Positions 17,344 to 28,455 of a stretch of 64,000 bases of DNA are shown piece after piece. Within the stretch, counting starts at the first letter, position 1. Every line of letters starts with the position of its first letter. Source of the DNA: a virus. Its lineage: Duplodnaviria > Caudoviricetes. The DNA is taken from positions 96,001 to 160,000 of the IMG/VR virus record IMGVR_UViG_3300020576_006124; one strand, given 5' to 3'. Under the pieces are notes generated by a model, which saw only the letters and a list, made by a program, of their open reading frames with translations, searched no databases and had not been told where the DNA came from. Made by a program: the position numbers and the translations under genes.

Positions 17344-19892
17344 TATTCAGAGGTCTCCGATACCATAGCAGATCCAGAAGTACTTGCCCAAACACCTGTC
17401 AAAACTCCTGTGTAATCCGTTACGATTAACGTGTCGTATTGAGACAATCTATAGGTGTAACTACTCCCTGTTACACCTGTCCCCTCCTTTATATATAGAG
17501 TATTGGTAGAGGAGCTAGCATCGTTAACAATAACAGCCTTAACTCTTAAACTATTTGAAGATAATAGTGTAGTGGAGGATGTTGCTGCGGCTATTTGTGT
17601 TACAGATGTTGAAGAGCCTCTAAACTGCTTAGCGGTAACACTTCCACTGGTTCCAATATCAACTTTGTTTGTAGTTCCGGGAGTAGATTGGTCTATAGAA
17701 ACTTTTCCTATAACATTTGATCCAGCAGGAAGAGTTGAGATACTAACTGGTTGAGTGGTAGCTGTCCCGTCTACTAAGAGTGGGGTCATCCCGGCAATGC
17801 CCTGAACTGTTATTACATCTGATGACGCTGAACCAGAAGTTCCTAGGCTAGGTTGCTTAGCGGAGGTTGATGCCCCTGTTGGAAGAGGGAGACTGGCCGC
17901 CGACATAGCAAAAGTTCCTGTTCCCGCATTAGCCGTAACCGTACCACTTATAGGCTGAGTAGTGGTTCCAGTCGGGTCAGTTCTAAAAGGATTAGAAGAG
18001 ACTCCGATCTGATTCCCAGAAGAATCGTATATAGCTACATCTAGTGCTTGGTGATTAGCCCCTGACGGTGTATGGGTGATGTCTTCGTTGGTGTTAGTTG
18101 AACCCTTCTGACCCCCTCTTAAAACTGATTTAGCAGAACCCCCTGTCAAAGTAGAATCTAGTGCTAGTCCATTTGTAGTTCCTATATTTGATGTAACGGT
18201 TCCACTTATAGGTTGGGTTACAGCACTTCCATCAACTTTAACTGCTCCTGCAGCTGATACAGTAGCAACATTGGTTCCACCAGAGTCAACTATCTTACTG
18301 ACTTGCTCACCGTTACTTAGCCTACTGTACACACTATTTACAACATCTACTAGTTTTCTTAGCCATCCTAAAATTCCAGATGCTGACGAGGACAACGCTG
18401 GTGGAGAATCCCCCGCAGCACCAACCGCAGTATTAATGTTAGAATCAGTGGCTGCCCCCGATGGTAAAGGGAGAGAGGAAATACTTACAGGCTGTGTAGA
18501 GGCAGAGCCATCAACCTTAAGAGCTCCGGTACCAGTTACTACCGCAACATTTGAGCCCGCTGAATCAACTAATTTTGTTTTTTGGCTGCCCCCAGTAAGG
18601 GTCGCATCTAGTGCAACTCCGTTGGTTGTGCCTATATTCGCAGTAACAGTTCCATCAGACCCTATACTTACTTTATTAGTAGTTCCGGGGGTGGTCTGAT
18701 CTATTCCTACCTTACCTAATAAATTAGTACCTGATGGTAAAGGAGAAGTTATCTTAACATCTTGAGTCTGCTCTACTATATTTGCGGAGGAAGGGGGTGT
18801 TCCTAGAATTGCCCCTGTTGTGAGATTTAACCAACTACTAACAACTACTGTTGGAGGAGAGGTTTTGGCATTTAGTGTTACTATTCTAGCAATTAAATCC
18901 CCTGAACTATACCCTGTTCCTCCCGATGTAGCATCAAAGAAACTATTTATAACTTGGAGGTCTTGGGATGTACTGGCAGGCCTTAGCCCCGCACCAGGAG
19001 TGGCTGTAGTTCCAGATGGATCTGTAAACGCCACAGATATACTTCCTGTCCCCTGATCTACAACATCTCTTCTTAGATAGAAACTGCCGCTGTCATCAGT
19101 CCAAAGCGTAGCTGCTAAATCAAGCTGGGCTTGAATAGCTGTCTTTACCGCCAGCAGGGTTGTCTCTGTGGCGGCCCCAGTGGGAAGTGGCAGAGAGGAG
19201 GCTGAGATAGGCTGAGTGACGGAACTTCCATCTACCCTTAATTCTCCCCCAGTGGTAAGAGATAAGGGATTAGTAGTACCGTTAGTATAAGTTGGGGCTG
19301 AAGTTGTTGTTGCCGCCTGGGCCAACCCCCCAGTTTGCCCTGAAGTAGAAGACCCCTGTGCAACAGCCCCACTAGACGCCCCGGATTTTATATTAACATC
19401 AATAGCGTTGGATGTAGACGTAATAGAGTTGCCTGTGCCATCCTTTAGATTGACGTCTACGGTACCACTTACAGGCTGGGCTGTAGCCCCAGTAGGATTT
19501 ACTCTAATTGGGTTTGAGCTAGTGCCTAGATGATTACCAGAGGCATCGTAAATAGCTACGTCTAATGCCTCGTGGTTGGATCCAGAGGCTGTATGTGTGA
19601 TGTCTGCATTAGTATTGGTGGTCCCTTTTTGTCCACCCCTAACAACAGTTTTTGCTGTACCCCCTGTTAAGGTTGAATCTTGTGCCACTCCAGAAATAGT
19701 CGTGGAAACAGATCCTGAGACGGTAACGGTACCACTAATTCCTACTGTTCCGTCAACAGTTACTGACCCCCCTCCATCAGAGATTGGAACTGCAGTTCCT
19801 CCGGAGACTCCCTGAACTGTAACTACGCCGGTGTCCGGTGTTCCAGCAGTGCCCAGGCCCTTAATATCAATTTGTTCAAAAGAGGATGGCAT
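17343..19892 (-). CDS. Repeat-built fibre protein
   Basis: 849 aa, T/S/G-rich, with several internally repeated modules. Confidence 0.65.
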   Translation of the reverse strand: MPSSFEQIDIKGLGTAGTPDTGVVTVQGVSGGTAVPISDGGGSVTVDGTVGISGTVTVSGSVSTTISGVAQDSTLTGGTAKTVVRGGQKGTTNTNADITHTASGSNHEALDVAIYDASGNHLGTSSNPIRVNPTGATAQPVSGTVDVNLKDGTGNSITSTSNAIDVNIKSGASSGAVAQGSSTSGQTGGLAQAATTTSAPTYTNGTTNPLSLTTGGELRVDGSSVTQPISASSLPLPTGAATETTLLAVKTAIQAQLDLAATLWTDDSGSFYLRRDVVDQGTGSISVAFTDPSGTTATPGAGLRPASTSQDLQVINSFFDATSGGTGYSSGDLIARIVTLNAKTSPPTVVVSSWLNLTTGAILGTPPSSANIVEQTQDVKITSPLPSGTNLLGKVGIDQTTPGTTNKVSIGSDGTVTANIGTTNGVALDATLTGGSQKTKLVDSAGSNVAVVTGTGALKVDGSASTQPVSISSLPLPSGAATDSNINTAVGAAGDSPPALSSSASGILGWLRKLVDVVNSVYSRLSNGEQVSKIVDSGGTNVATVSAAGAVKVDGSAVTQPISGTVTSNIGTTNGLALDSTLTGGSAKSVLRGGQKGSTNTNEDITHTPSGANHQALDVAIYDSSGNQIGVSSNPFRTDPTGTTTQPISGTVTANAGTGTFAMSAASLPLPTGASTSAKQPSLGTSGSASSDVITVQGIAGMTPLLVDGTATTQPVSISTLPAGSNVIGKVSIDQSTPGTTNKVDIGTSGSVTAKQFRGSSTSVTQIAAATSSTTLLSSNSLRVKAVIVNDASSSTNTLYIKEGTGVTGSSYTYRLSQYDTLIVTDYTGVLTGVWASTSGSAMVSETSE

Positions 19893-19896
19893 AAGA

Positions 19897-20580
19897 TTAT
19901 ATTAGTTCCCAATAAGTTTTATCGTAGGAGGGAGCAAGATCCATGGAAGACTTGTATTTCATTTCCCAAGAGTTAACCCCCGATATTAATTGACCAGAAG
20001 CTCCTTGAATAGTAACTTTATTCCCGTTATAAGTGTTTACTTTTTTTATAGTGTACCTTTTAGAGGTGCAAGTAGTAACATCTTGCAGTGTTATAGTTAC
20101 TGGTGCTGAGGTGGAATCTACCTGCAACACATCATCCGAATTCAACATAGACCCAGAAGATGTTATCATCCGAACACTAATAGAGGGGTGATAGCTATTG
20201 CTATCCAGAATCATTTGAAGAAGTTGATTTAACAAATCTGAGTCTACGTCTCCTACACCGCTACCAGAGTTAAGAACTGTCCAACCGTTAATGCCCCCAA
20301 ATAAAATAGCAGAACCTAGTGGGCTAGTAATCTCAAAAGAAGTATTTCCATTGATCTTTTCTGCTCCATGGGGGGTTAAAATAATTTTTTTGGTTGAACT
20401 ACATTCCCCACTAATATCTTGAACTGCAAGACCAAGGGTGGGAACAGATGGAGCAGGGGGAAGCTTAACAGTTATTGAAGAGGATAGAGCAGTTACCACT
20501 AAACTTTTGTCTACCGCTTTAACAGAATAATTACTAGATATTCTTTTTACATTCTTTGGTAGAGAAGAAGTTAGGCTCAA
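19897..20580 (-). CDS. Tail-fibre-type protein with two tandem small beta domains
   Basis: Two copies of V(D/T)xxSxxxT(I/V)xL...VTI/IIL...I.G; TTG start. Confidence 0.5.
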   Translation of the reverse strand: MSLTSSLPKNVKRISSNYSVKAVDKSLVVTALSSSITVKLPPAPSVPTLGLAVQDISGECSSTKKIILTPHGAEKINGNTSFEITSPLGSAILFGGINGWTVLNSGSGVGDVDSDLLNQLLQMILDSNSYHPSISVRMITSSGSMLNSDDVLQVDSTSAPVTITLQDVTTCTSKRYTIKKVNTYNGNKVTIQGASGQLISGVNSWEMKYKSSMDLAPSYDKTYWELI

Positions 20581-20583
20581 TTT

Positions 20584-21201
20584 TTATACTCCTGCTCGCT
20601 TCTGGAGGGCATCCATTCTATTCAACCACCCTTTAAGAAACTTGCCTTGTGAGGAACTCTGTTTAACTAGTGAGTAATAGTAATTTCTTCTTACCTCTAT
20701 TAGGGTTCTTGCAATGTTTGCCGTCGAGTTACTATATTGTGGAGATTGTTCCAAGGCTTTTTTGTAAAGCTGCCTTGCCTTACCATGCTGTACTGCTGTA
20801 TCAAAAAGTACTAGGTTTAATGGCTCAGGGGTGGAACCACAATCAAAAGCATCCCAATATTGCTCTTTGTAGATCTGGGAGGCCTCCTGTTTAGTAATAT
20901 CCCTAATATCTTTGTGGGGTAATCCCTTTCTCTTTAGCCACTTGTAATATTCTTCATGAGTTATTCCAAAATTAGTGGCCCCACCCCTATCCGCAGCATC
21001 GTTAGAAAAACCACCCTCCATTTCAAAAACGAAGTCAAGGCAAGCTTCAAAAGAAAAATCTTTATTCTTTCCTAATGTGTTATTGCCTGACGACATATTG
21101 ACCCTTCCTGGCAGACCTGTAGATGGGACTCCCGCTGAACTGGATTTATTAAGGATTCCAACCGAGTATAGTTGGCCATCTTTTTTGTTTAAAAAATCCA
21201 A
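20584..21201 (-). CDS. Glycoside hydrolase family 108 lysozyme with a C-terminal peptidoglycan-binding motif
   Basis: EGGFSNDAADRGGATNFGIT, YKEQYW, LFDTAVQHG, KFLKGWLNR. The true start may be the ATG at 21096, preceded by AGGAAGG. Confidence 0.9.
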   Translation of the reverse strand: MDFLNKKDGQLYSVGILNKSSSAGVPSTGLPGRVNMSSGNNTLGKNKDFSFEACLDFVFEMEGGFSNDAADRGGATNFGITHEEYYKWLKRKGLPHKDIRDITKQEASQIYKEQYWDAFDCGSTPEPLNLVLFDTAVQHGKARQLYKKALEQSPQYSNSTANIARTLIEVRRNYYYSLVKQSSSQGKFLKGWLNRMDALQKRAGV

Positions 21202-24200
21202 TTAATCTCCCAAACTTGAATCAGAACCTGGTTGAACTTTCCTTTCCAAAGCAAAGAATCTTTCTTCTTCATTCTTTAAAAAGTCTCTCATCTTTTGGTT
21301 AGCAGGATTATCGTCTGAGGGGTATTCTAGGCCGGTTAGAACACTTAGCGCTGTTCCTGCCAAAGTCTTATTAAACCACTCATCTAAAATAGAGTTTACT
21401 AACCCCGGCTTTTCTCCTAAAACGGAACCTTGATGCCCTTTAATTCCTGCCACATAAGGAACACCCTTATATTTTCTCAGGGGAATTATCTTAACACACT
21501 GCATTCCGGAGAAGGCTGCATTAATGCCATCAAAAACAGAGTTTCCTATTATTTGTATAGTGACATTTAGGGCTAAGGTTATAGGGGTAGATGATAGTGC
21601 CATTTTTGTCATCTTTATAGTCTTCAAAGTGTTCTTAAACTCAGAAGCCCCTGAAATGATAGACTTTATTCTGACAGAATCTTTGACAATATTATAAGCA
21701 GATTTAGAGTCTTTGACTACTTGTTTTCCTATTTCTGTAACGGCCAACCTTGTCCTTAGGGTCCAAGGGGTTAGTTTCAAGGTCCCTTTAACATCCTTGA
21801 TTTTCGACGCTGAGCTAATAGAGGTGTAAATTTTCTCTATAGTCTCAGGGGTTAGCTTTCCTTTATTGAACTCTTTAATAAGCTCTTTATTTTCTCCCAG
21901 GATTCTAGTCCAAAACTCAATTGTTTCTTTGGAGAAATTCTTCTTACTTAAAGACCTAAGAGTTCTAGAATCAACCCTGTTAAGGATATTTCTATGCATC
22001 TCATCTAAGATCTGAGAATACAGCTCATGTTCTCTTAAGATAAATTCAGATTCCGTTAGTCCTTTTGATTTAATTAAGAAATCAAATTCATCTACTATAT
22101 CTTTCACTGCTGGGTTAGACATGTTTTTTCTAACCTCTTTCATTAGCCTGGAATAAGTTTCTGGGTCGGACTCTTTCAGAATAAGGAAATCTTTGGCCGA
22201 TATCTCATCAGCACCTGAGGCTAACCTTAGAATATTAGAAATTTTAGACTTTAAAATAGCGTAGGGGAGAAGTCCCGCTAACTGATTTCCAATTATTGAT
22301 GTGAGTCCTGTATATGCATGTAAGATTAATTCTTGTCCAATTACAGAAGATTTTGGAAGAACCACTAAATCAGGTGAAATATAGGTTATAAAACCGGATT
22401 CTGGATCTAAGCTATGAATAACTTCTTTAACGTGTAAGGGGCCTTGAAGTCTAGTTTCGGCATCGTTGTAGAGAATAAAATCTCTAGGTTTCAGTGACGA
22501 ATAGCCATCAATTATAAGCCAGCCGTCGTACATGTTCTTTACTGTGTCACACAGACTTTGTATAACAGAGTTTTGCACAGCAGGAGTTGTTGGCTTCTGG
22601 GCTATATCTCCGACTGGCCCTGGAAGCCAGCTAAGAACTTTATCAGTAAATCCTTTTAAAGGGGCTTGTAATGAGGTAGTTACTAGACCTACTTCTACCA
22701 TCATTGTTCTTCTGTCTGAGGGTTCAATGTTGTTGTCCACAGACCAGACGTTGGTTTTGGTAACAGATTCCGAACTGAACCACCCATTATGGGTTTGAAT
22801 CCCTATAGCGTCAGTCGCAATATTCCTTCCTTCAAGTTTTACTCTTCCTTGAAAAAGGTTCACACCAGACATAGCAATATGAAATTGGCTATATGGTTTG
22901 GATTTCAGAAAAGAAACATACTCCTCATCAGAAAGATCATGTATAGCAATATTTTCTACCCTAGATATTGGTAGTACACCTGCCTCTTGTTTAGATGCTT
23001 GCACTCCGGTACTCTCAGACATTCCATAACCTGTGGGGACGAAAATACTAGGGTCCACTTTTATATTTGAGTTACCCGGATAAGGCACTTTTACCGGTTT
23101 GTTTACTATACTCCAATCAATTTTTCCCACACCCTTATTCTTTATTTTCTCAGGTACTTGAGGGGCTAAAGGTTTAACAGAGAGTGTTTCCGAAAATCTA
23201 GAAAGAACTCTATCATCATACTCATAATGATAAGGCCACCACCACTTTCCAAAGAAAAGACTAGATCTAAATCCAAAAGTTTCTGGGGCAGCTACAAAAT
23301 CTAAACAAGCTCTACGACATGTTTCTATAATTTTCCAAGTAGTGGGTTCTTTTACTGAAATTGAGAAGTAGTTTACATCATCCCAGTTATAAAGAGCATT
23401 CCTAGTCATAAAGTTAGTAACAGGGCTGATGACCTGTTCTAATTTTGTGTTAGAAGAGTTATAGATATTTATCTGGAAATCTACAGTACTTGTTCTTGGG
23501 TTAGCCCCGGAGCCTGTATAAACTACATCTCCAAAATGCTGAGTGCTGGCCTTACTCCAATCCCTAAAGAATCCATGAGTAATGGCCCCAAGAAGGTTAG
23601 GCCCAACCAAGGCTTCTGTTATGATATTAGCAGGGGATTTACCCATACCCCAGTAACCCCCATCGGTATAAGTATAAGAGTTTGAAGAGGATACTGATGC
23701 CTCTGCCGGTTGCTTCTCTAGTTCGGCCCCATCACCTTGAGCTACTATTTGGAAATAATTTCCATCTGTGCTCTCAGCAGAAATAACTTGGCCTGTAAAG
23801 GTTACGGGGAGAGACGCTGCATTTGAGCCGTAGCCCATTCTGATTTGGATTCTACTTCCAGGACCTAGGAGTAGTCTCTTCTTCATCTGTTCCGCCCACA
23901 GGTTAGCTATATCCTCTGGAACATTTTTTAGTAAAAATCCATCTACTAGTGTTTTTAAGGTAGAGGCTGCCTCATCCTTTGCAAGTCCGGGGTTAAAAAC
24001 TATATTTTGTAGAAGTTCTCTTCTTTCAATAATATTCTCATGAAGAATATTTTCTAGATAAGAAGTGCTGATAGACCTTCTAAATATGTCTGAGAAAGTG
24101 ATAGTGGCTTCCCATGTAGGGGTTAGCCTAGATTTAAAAACCTCCACCTTAGCAGCATTTCCTCGGGTATAAAATTGGTCCCAAAGCTTCTTGTTGCCAT

Positions 24201-27200
24201 TCATCCAGTAGCTCCCCTCATTGATAACTAAAATGCTATACGAGGGAAAAGCTCTTACAAGTCTGTTAAACTTTCCGTACTTTCTTAAGTCTTGAATACA
24301 GCCGTAGATAGAGTCCTCTGTAGTTGGGCTCATGGCAGATCTTATCTTTCCTAAAGTGGACGCAAGAGTGTCGATTCCGGTTTGAATCTCCCCATTAACC
24401 ATAAGATCGTTTACGTCAACATCCCCAATAACAGTGGAACTAGTCTGAATAGACTCAGGATTCCTAGTTTCTTCTACATTTATTTTTTGACCATTAGGGG
24501 TGTGATCTGTTTTTATAAAAGTTTGTTCTTTGGTACCTGAAGCACTCAAGTAAATCAAGGGGTTGAAGGGGGTAAAGAAAGGATCTTGAACCCCCGCGTG
24601 ATGCATGTGCGCCCCGTTTAGTTTAGTAAATTTCAAATACTGTTGGTAGTAAAGGGTTATTACATCTCCCAAGCCATATTTATTTAATAATTGTCTTACA
24701 ATAAGTACAACTTCTGAGTAGGACTTACTGGCATAAGCTTTATTAATATTTTCCTGAGCTTCTAAAAACTTATCCAGAGTTTCCTTGTTAGCCATGGAAA
24801 CTTTATCTACCTCTCTGTATCGAGCCCAACTTTTTGTGAGAGAAATATGGGTCAGACCTAGGGCTAAAGATGGGCAAAGTTTGTAATAATCCTTATAAGA
24901 AGAAAAGTAACTTTGAAAGAGAGACCCAAATCCTAATTTGTCCTCAGCCCCCTCTGGTAAGTCAAAATCATGGTTTTCTCTTAACCCTCTAATAGAAAGG
25001 AAGCCGCAAGCTAGGTTGAAATCTATGTTAGAGCGATGCCAGTACGCCGGATCATCTAAAAGGAACTTATCCCCGAACCAGAAAAGACCATTATTAATAG
25101 ATTCATCTTTGTTTTTGGTTTGGATTTCCCCCAAAACACTTGTACACCCCAAGAATGAAGTTCCACCCAATCTAAACGTGTCATTCAAAAATAAATCAAA
25201 CTTTTGAATAATGTCGTCTTCAGATCCGTTTGACAATATTTTTTTATTGGATTCTGAATCGTTCTGGGTGACATCCTCTATGAATCTTATTACTAGCCTA
25301 TAAGGCACAGGGTTGGAAAATTTCCAATTCAACAGATATTGATTTTTAGCAGCAGCTATGGCGACGTTAAAGAGAGAAACATTGCACCCGAAGGCCTTGT
25401 TAATTTCTGACCTAAGTTTTTTAAGCCCTTCAAGGTCTCTAGTATTGGAGCTAAGATTTTCCGCCCCAGAATAAAGAGGTCCACAGAAATTTCCGTTAGA
25501 TTGAACTTCTGGTGTGGGATCTAACGTACCAGATGCCCAAGCGGATAGAGTCATTGCTCTTCTCCAATCTAAGCTGTAGAAGAAGGATTCATCATCTTTA
25601 CTTAATTCTTTAATTGCCTGTGCTGAAATAATATCAACGCTAAAAGGTTTATTCAGAATATCCTCTGATGCTTTTAGATTAAAGTATTCTTTGTCTCCTG
25701 ACGAGAAGCCTGGGGAAAGACTCCACCACCTTTCGGGATGGGAATCTAGCTCTTTAAGGGCTGTTTTGTAATTCTGGGAGACTATCTCAGCTTTTCCTTT
25801 AGGGAAGGCCCCTACTCCTGGTTCCTCCATCCTAGTCCAGTAATCCCCTATAATTTTACCATTAACACTTGAAGCCTCAGGCCCTAATATGTGGTAAGTT
25901 TCGGCACTTTCGTCAAAGAAAACCGTAGTGTAATCATCCTTATCAGCATCATCTGGAAGTTTTGCCCGCTTGTCCTCAGTAGGCAATCCAAAAGAAAGGG
26001 TAGATGCTTTAGTAAGAATTGATTCCCAAGTTTGTTGTGAATTGTAGAATATAAAGAAATCCGGGTCTGCAAAGGTTAGATCATTCTCCCCTAATCCTTT
26101 TAAGTTGACCTCAGACAGAGTTTTTATACCTTTTCTACTAGACTCACAATTGAAGAACTCCTTACAATATTCTTGAACATCGTAATCAATTCTAGGTACT
26201 AGGGGTTTATTTTCAAGGATTCTTCGAAGGGAATCTACCCAACCATAAACTTCTGATTTATAGGGTAGTTTCATATCCTGGTAAAGATTTTCTTTTGAAA
26301 GATTTGCCTGAACATTAAACCACTCTGCTGCCTTGTAAAGCAATGGGTCATCCTCTCCACCATTATTTGAATGGTAGTCAAAAGTTTTCTTCATGTTTTG
26401 CCAAGTGGTCTCTAGGGGCTTTAAAGCCTCTTGACTAGAATTTAGTGGTTGGTATTCGAGGAACTCTAGAGTAAACTCAAATAAATCAGGATGCCCCTCT
26501 ACTGAGGTCTTTGTTAAACCCATGGGGATAACAAAGTTAACTCCATACATGTTTATTAACCCATTCTTGACTCGGTAGCAGTAATCAGGGTAAGAGTTCT
26601 TTTTTATATCTTTCTCTCGTAGTTGATTATAGAACTCTTTTTGAATCTCTTCTAACGTTCTTGTGGCATCTACCCCTATACATTTTCCTTTAACTATGAT
26701 GGAAGTTGAGGAGGACCCCAAAAATTGGTGGATTGGTAGGTCTAAAGTGGAGGCGTAGTTCGTCGGGGCGTTATGGGATTTCACACAGACTATCTGATCA
26801 ATGATAATATCTTTATTTTTGCCTCCAACTGTTTTTACACTAATAACAGGCTCAGCAGGTTCCCATCTACTTTCTTTTTTCTCTTCTTCTTTAGGTTCTT
26901 TGTGGTCTTCTTGTAGATCCTTATTCTTTTTTAACTCTTCTTGATATTTCTTCTCCGGGACTATATTTCCTCTATGATCCCTGTGTACTACCTTATCTTC
27001 CTTATAAAGCAGGGCTCGATCCTTATTAGAAGTGTTTATCCTATCAGATTCTAAGTGAATAGAAATCTTAGCTCTGAGAGTAGTTAGGGCTTTTTGATCC
27101 TCTAAAGAAATAACTACTGCATACTTTTCCCAAGGAAAATCCGAAGTTGTAGGTACGGCTGCGGCAGAATACACATCTAGAAACCCTAGGCTCTTTGTGT

Positions 27201-28455
27201 TATTATCCTCTTCTGGGAATACATTTGAGATGTTGTTAGCCAAAAAATTCTCAGGCACAGAGAAGGTCTCAGATGAGAATTCCCCATCTCCATTTACAAA
27301 GTTCCATTCTTTAACCTTATTCCACTCGATAAGGCCCAGGTATCCTGGAAACTTGGTGTTGTCCTCCCCAAAAAAGTCCTGCCACTCTAGCTGAGAGTTT
27401 AATTTAATTAAAAAGGATTTGGGGATTCCTGTTATTTTTTTTATTCTTGTGACTCTAGACCTTTCTCCATCTATCACATCTAACAGGTTCTCATAAACTA
27501 TTGTCCTTTCTCCTATGTTTCTAGGAGCGGACTCAGAGGCTAAGAATTTATTATAATCTTTTTCTGTAGAGGGAAACAATTCAAAGATGTCTTTTCCATC
27601 TTCGTAAGAGAAAGCATTTGGAGAAGATTTCTCACACCAAATTTTGAACAGAGGCCAGCAAATAAGGTCCTCCATGTCAACTAGTCTTCCAAGCTCACCA
27701 ACCTCTGGTGAAAGGTACCAGTCCCAAACGAAAGGCTCTACCACTAGGGTAGTTTCTAGAAGATCGGGACTTCCAGGTACTGTGGTGGTTGTAAAAGACT
27801 TAACTACTACTTCATGATTGGGTATAAATCCCGTTTCGTTCTTATTTCCAAATGGTCCCCCATAGCCCCAAGTTATAGGAAATAGGCTTAGCTGCCGGAT
27901 GACCTGAGACAGCTCATTTTGTATTTGTTCCCCGCTGGATCGAAAAGATATGTTGTAGGAGGCAGCTCTCTGATGGGTCTTCTTAATAACTTTTTGAGAA
28001 GACCTAATCAAATCCACGGTTGGGGCTGGGGAGACAGAGCTTGTACTTACCCCTGTGATAGGACCATGAATATTCGTATACCCAAGTCTTAGAGTTCTAG
28101 ATGCATCGTGTGGAAATGGGATTGGGACAGCTAAGTCGGCCAGATCAATATTTTTTATAGATTCTGTAGATAAATTAAGAATAAGACTGGAGATTCTCTT
28201 TTTATACTTTGTATTAGAATAGGAGGTATCTTCCGTATATTCGACCTCTGTTTTATACAGCCTAGACGTCAGAAAAGAGACATTAGTGATATTGCTCTCT
28301 AAAAGTTTAGGAGCATTCATTACCCTAAGAGCTTTCGCTAAAACCGTTTGTGGGCACTCTAGTGTAAGTCTTTCTTTGTTTGAATCAACAACAAAAATAA
28401 TAACAAAGCCCCTAGAGCTGTCTTGTTCAAACGATTCAATAGTTGCTTTGGGCAT
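21202..28455 (-). CDS. Very large virion protein, probable baseplate hub
   Basis: 2417 aa; GSRIQIRMGYG...FTGQV...IVAQGDG resembles gpD/gp27-type hub segments. Confidence 0.55.
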   Translation of the reverse strand: MPKATIESFEQDSSRGFVIIFVVDSNKERLTLECPQTVLAKALRVMNAPKLLESNITNVSFLTSRLYKTEVEYTEDTSYSNTKYKKRISSLILNLSTESIKNIDLADLAVPIPFPHDASRTLRLGYTNIHGPITGVSTSSVSPAPTVDLIRSSQKVIKKTHQRAASYNISFRSSGEQIQNELSQVIRQLSLFPITWGYGGPFGNKNETGFIPNHEVVVKSFTTTTVPGSPDLLETTLVVEPFVWDWYLSPEVGELGRLVDMEDLICWPLFKIWCEKSSPNAFSYEDGKDIFELFPSTEKDYNKFLASESAPRNIGERTIVYENLLDVIDGERSRVTRIKKITGIPKSFLIKLNSQLEWQDFFGEDNTKFPGYLGLIEWNKVKEWNFVNGDGEFSSETFSVPENFLANNISNVFPEEDNNTKSLGFLDVYSAAAVPTTSDFPWEKYAVVISLEDQKALTTLRAKISIHLESDRINTSNKDRALLYKEDKVVHRDHRGNIVPEKKYQEELKKNKDLQEDHKEPKEEEKKESRWEPAEPVISVKTVGGKNKDIIIDQIVCVKSHNAPTNYASTLDLPIHQFLGSSSTSIIVKGKCIGVDATRTLEEIQKEFYNQLREKDIKKNSYPDYCYRVKNGLINMYGVNFVIPMGLTKTSVEGHPDLFEFTLEFLEYQPLNSSQEALKPLETTWQNMKKTFDYHSNNGGEDDPLLYKAAEWFNVQANLSKENLYQDMKLPYKSEVYGWVDSLRRILENKPLVPRIDYDVQEYCKEFFNCESSRKGIKTLSEVNLKGLGENDLTFADPDFFIFYNSQQTWESILTKASTLSFGLPTEDKRAKLPDDADKDDYTTVFFDESAETYHILGPEASSVNGKIIGDYWTRMEEPGVGAFPKGKAEIVSQNYKTALKELDSHPERWWSLSPGFSSGDKEYFNLKASEDILNKPFSVDIISAQAIKELSKDDESFFYSLDWRRAMTLSAWASGTLDPTPEVQSNGNFCGPLYSGAENLSSNTRDLEGLKKLRSEINKAFGCNVSLFNVAIAAAKNQYLLNWKFSNPVPYRLVIRFIEDVTQNDSESNKKILSNGSEDDIIQKFDLFLNDTFRLGGTSFLGCTSVLGEIQTKNKDESINNGLFWFGDKFLLDDPAYWHRSNIDFNLACGFLSIRGLRENHDFDLPEGAEDKLGFGSLFQSYFSSYKDYYKLCPSLALGLTHISLTKSWARYREVDKVSMANKETLDKFLEAQENINKAYASKSYSEVVLIVRQLLNKYGLGDVITLYYQQYLKFTKLNGAHMHHAGVQDPFFTPFNPLIYLSASGTKEQTFIKTDHTPNGQKINVEETRNPESIQTSSTVIGDVDVNDLMVNGEIQTGIDTLASTLGKIRSAMSPTTEDSIYGCIQDLRKYGKFNRLVRAFPSYSILVINEGSYWMNGNKKLWDQFYTRGNAAKVEVFKSRLTPTWEATITFSDIFRRSISTSYLENILHENIIERRELLQNIVFNPGLAKDEAASTLKTLVDGFLLKNVPEDIANLWAEQMKKRLLLGPGSRIQIRMGYGSNAASLPVTFTGQVISAESTDGNYFQIVAQGDGAELEKQPAEASVSSSNSYTYTDGGYWGMGKSPANIITEALVGPNLLGAITHGFFRDWSKASTQHFGDVVYTGSGANPRTSTVDFQINIYNSSNTKLEQVISPVTNFMTRNALYNWDDVNYFSISVKEPTTWKIIETCRRACLDFVAAPETFGFRSSLFFGKWWWPYHYEYDDRVLSRFSETLSVKPLAPQVPEKIKNKGVGKIDWSIVNKPVKVPYPGNSNIKVDPSIFVPTGYGMSESTGVQASKQEAGVLPISRVENIAIHDLSDEEYVSFLKSKPYSQFHIAMSGVNLFQGRVKLEGRNIATDAIGIQTHNGWFSSESVTKTNVWSVDNNIEPSDRRTMMVEVGLVTTSLQAPLKGFTDKVLSWLPGPVGDIAQKPTTPAVQNSVIQSLCDTVKNMYDGWLIIDGYSSLKPRDFILYNDAETRLQGPLHVKEVIHSLDPESGFITYISPDLVVLPKSSVIGQELILHAYTGLTSIIGNQLAGLLPYAILKSKISNILRLASGADEISAKDFLILKESDPETYSRLMKEVRKNMSNPAVKDIVDEFDFLIKSKGLTESEFILREHELYSQILDEMHRNILNRVDSRTLRSLSKKNFSKETIEFWTRILGENKELIKEFNKGKLTPETIEKIYTSISSASKIKDVKGTLKLTPWTLRTRLAVTEIGKQVVKDSKSAYNIVKDSVRIKSIISGASEFKNTLKTIKMTKMALSSTPITLALNVTIQIIGNSVFDGINAAFSGMQCVKIIPLRKYKGVPYVAGIKGHQGSVLGEKPGLVNSILDEWFNKTLAGTALSVLTGLEYPSDDNPANQKMRDFLKNEEERFFALERKVQPGSDSSLGD

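Noticed and set aside
19897-21204. Read-through fusion of hub, lysozyme and the next gene (all in one frame)
   Set aside because: The stops are TAA, and abutting in-frame genes also occur at 42571/42572 and 48779/48780, so this is ordinary tight packing.
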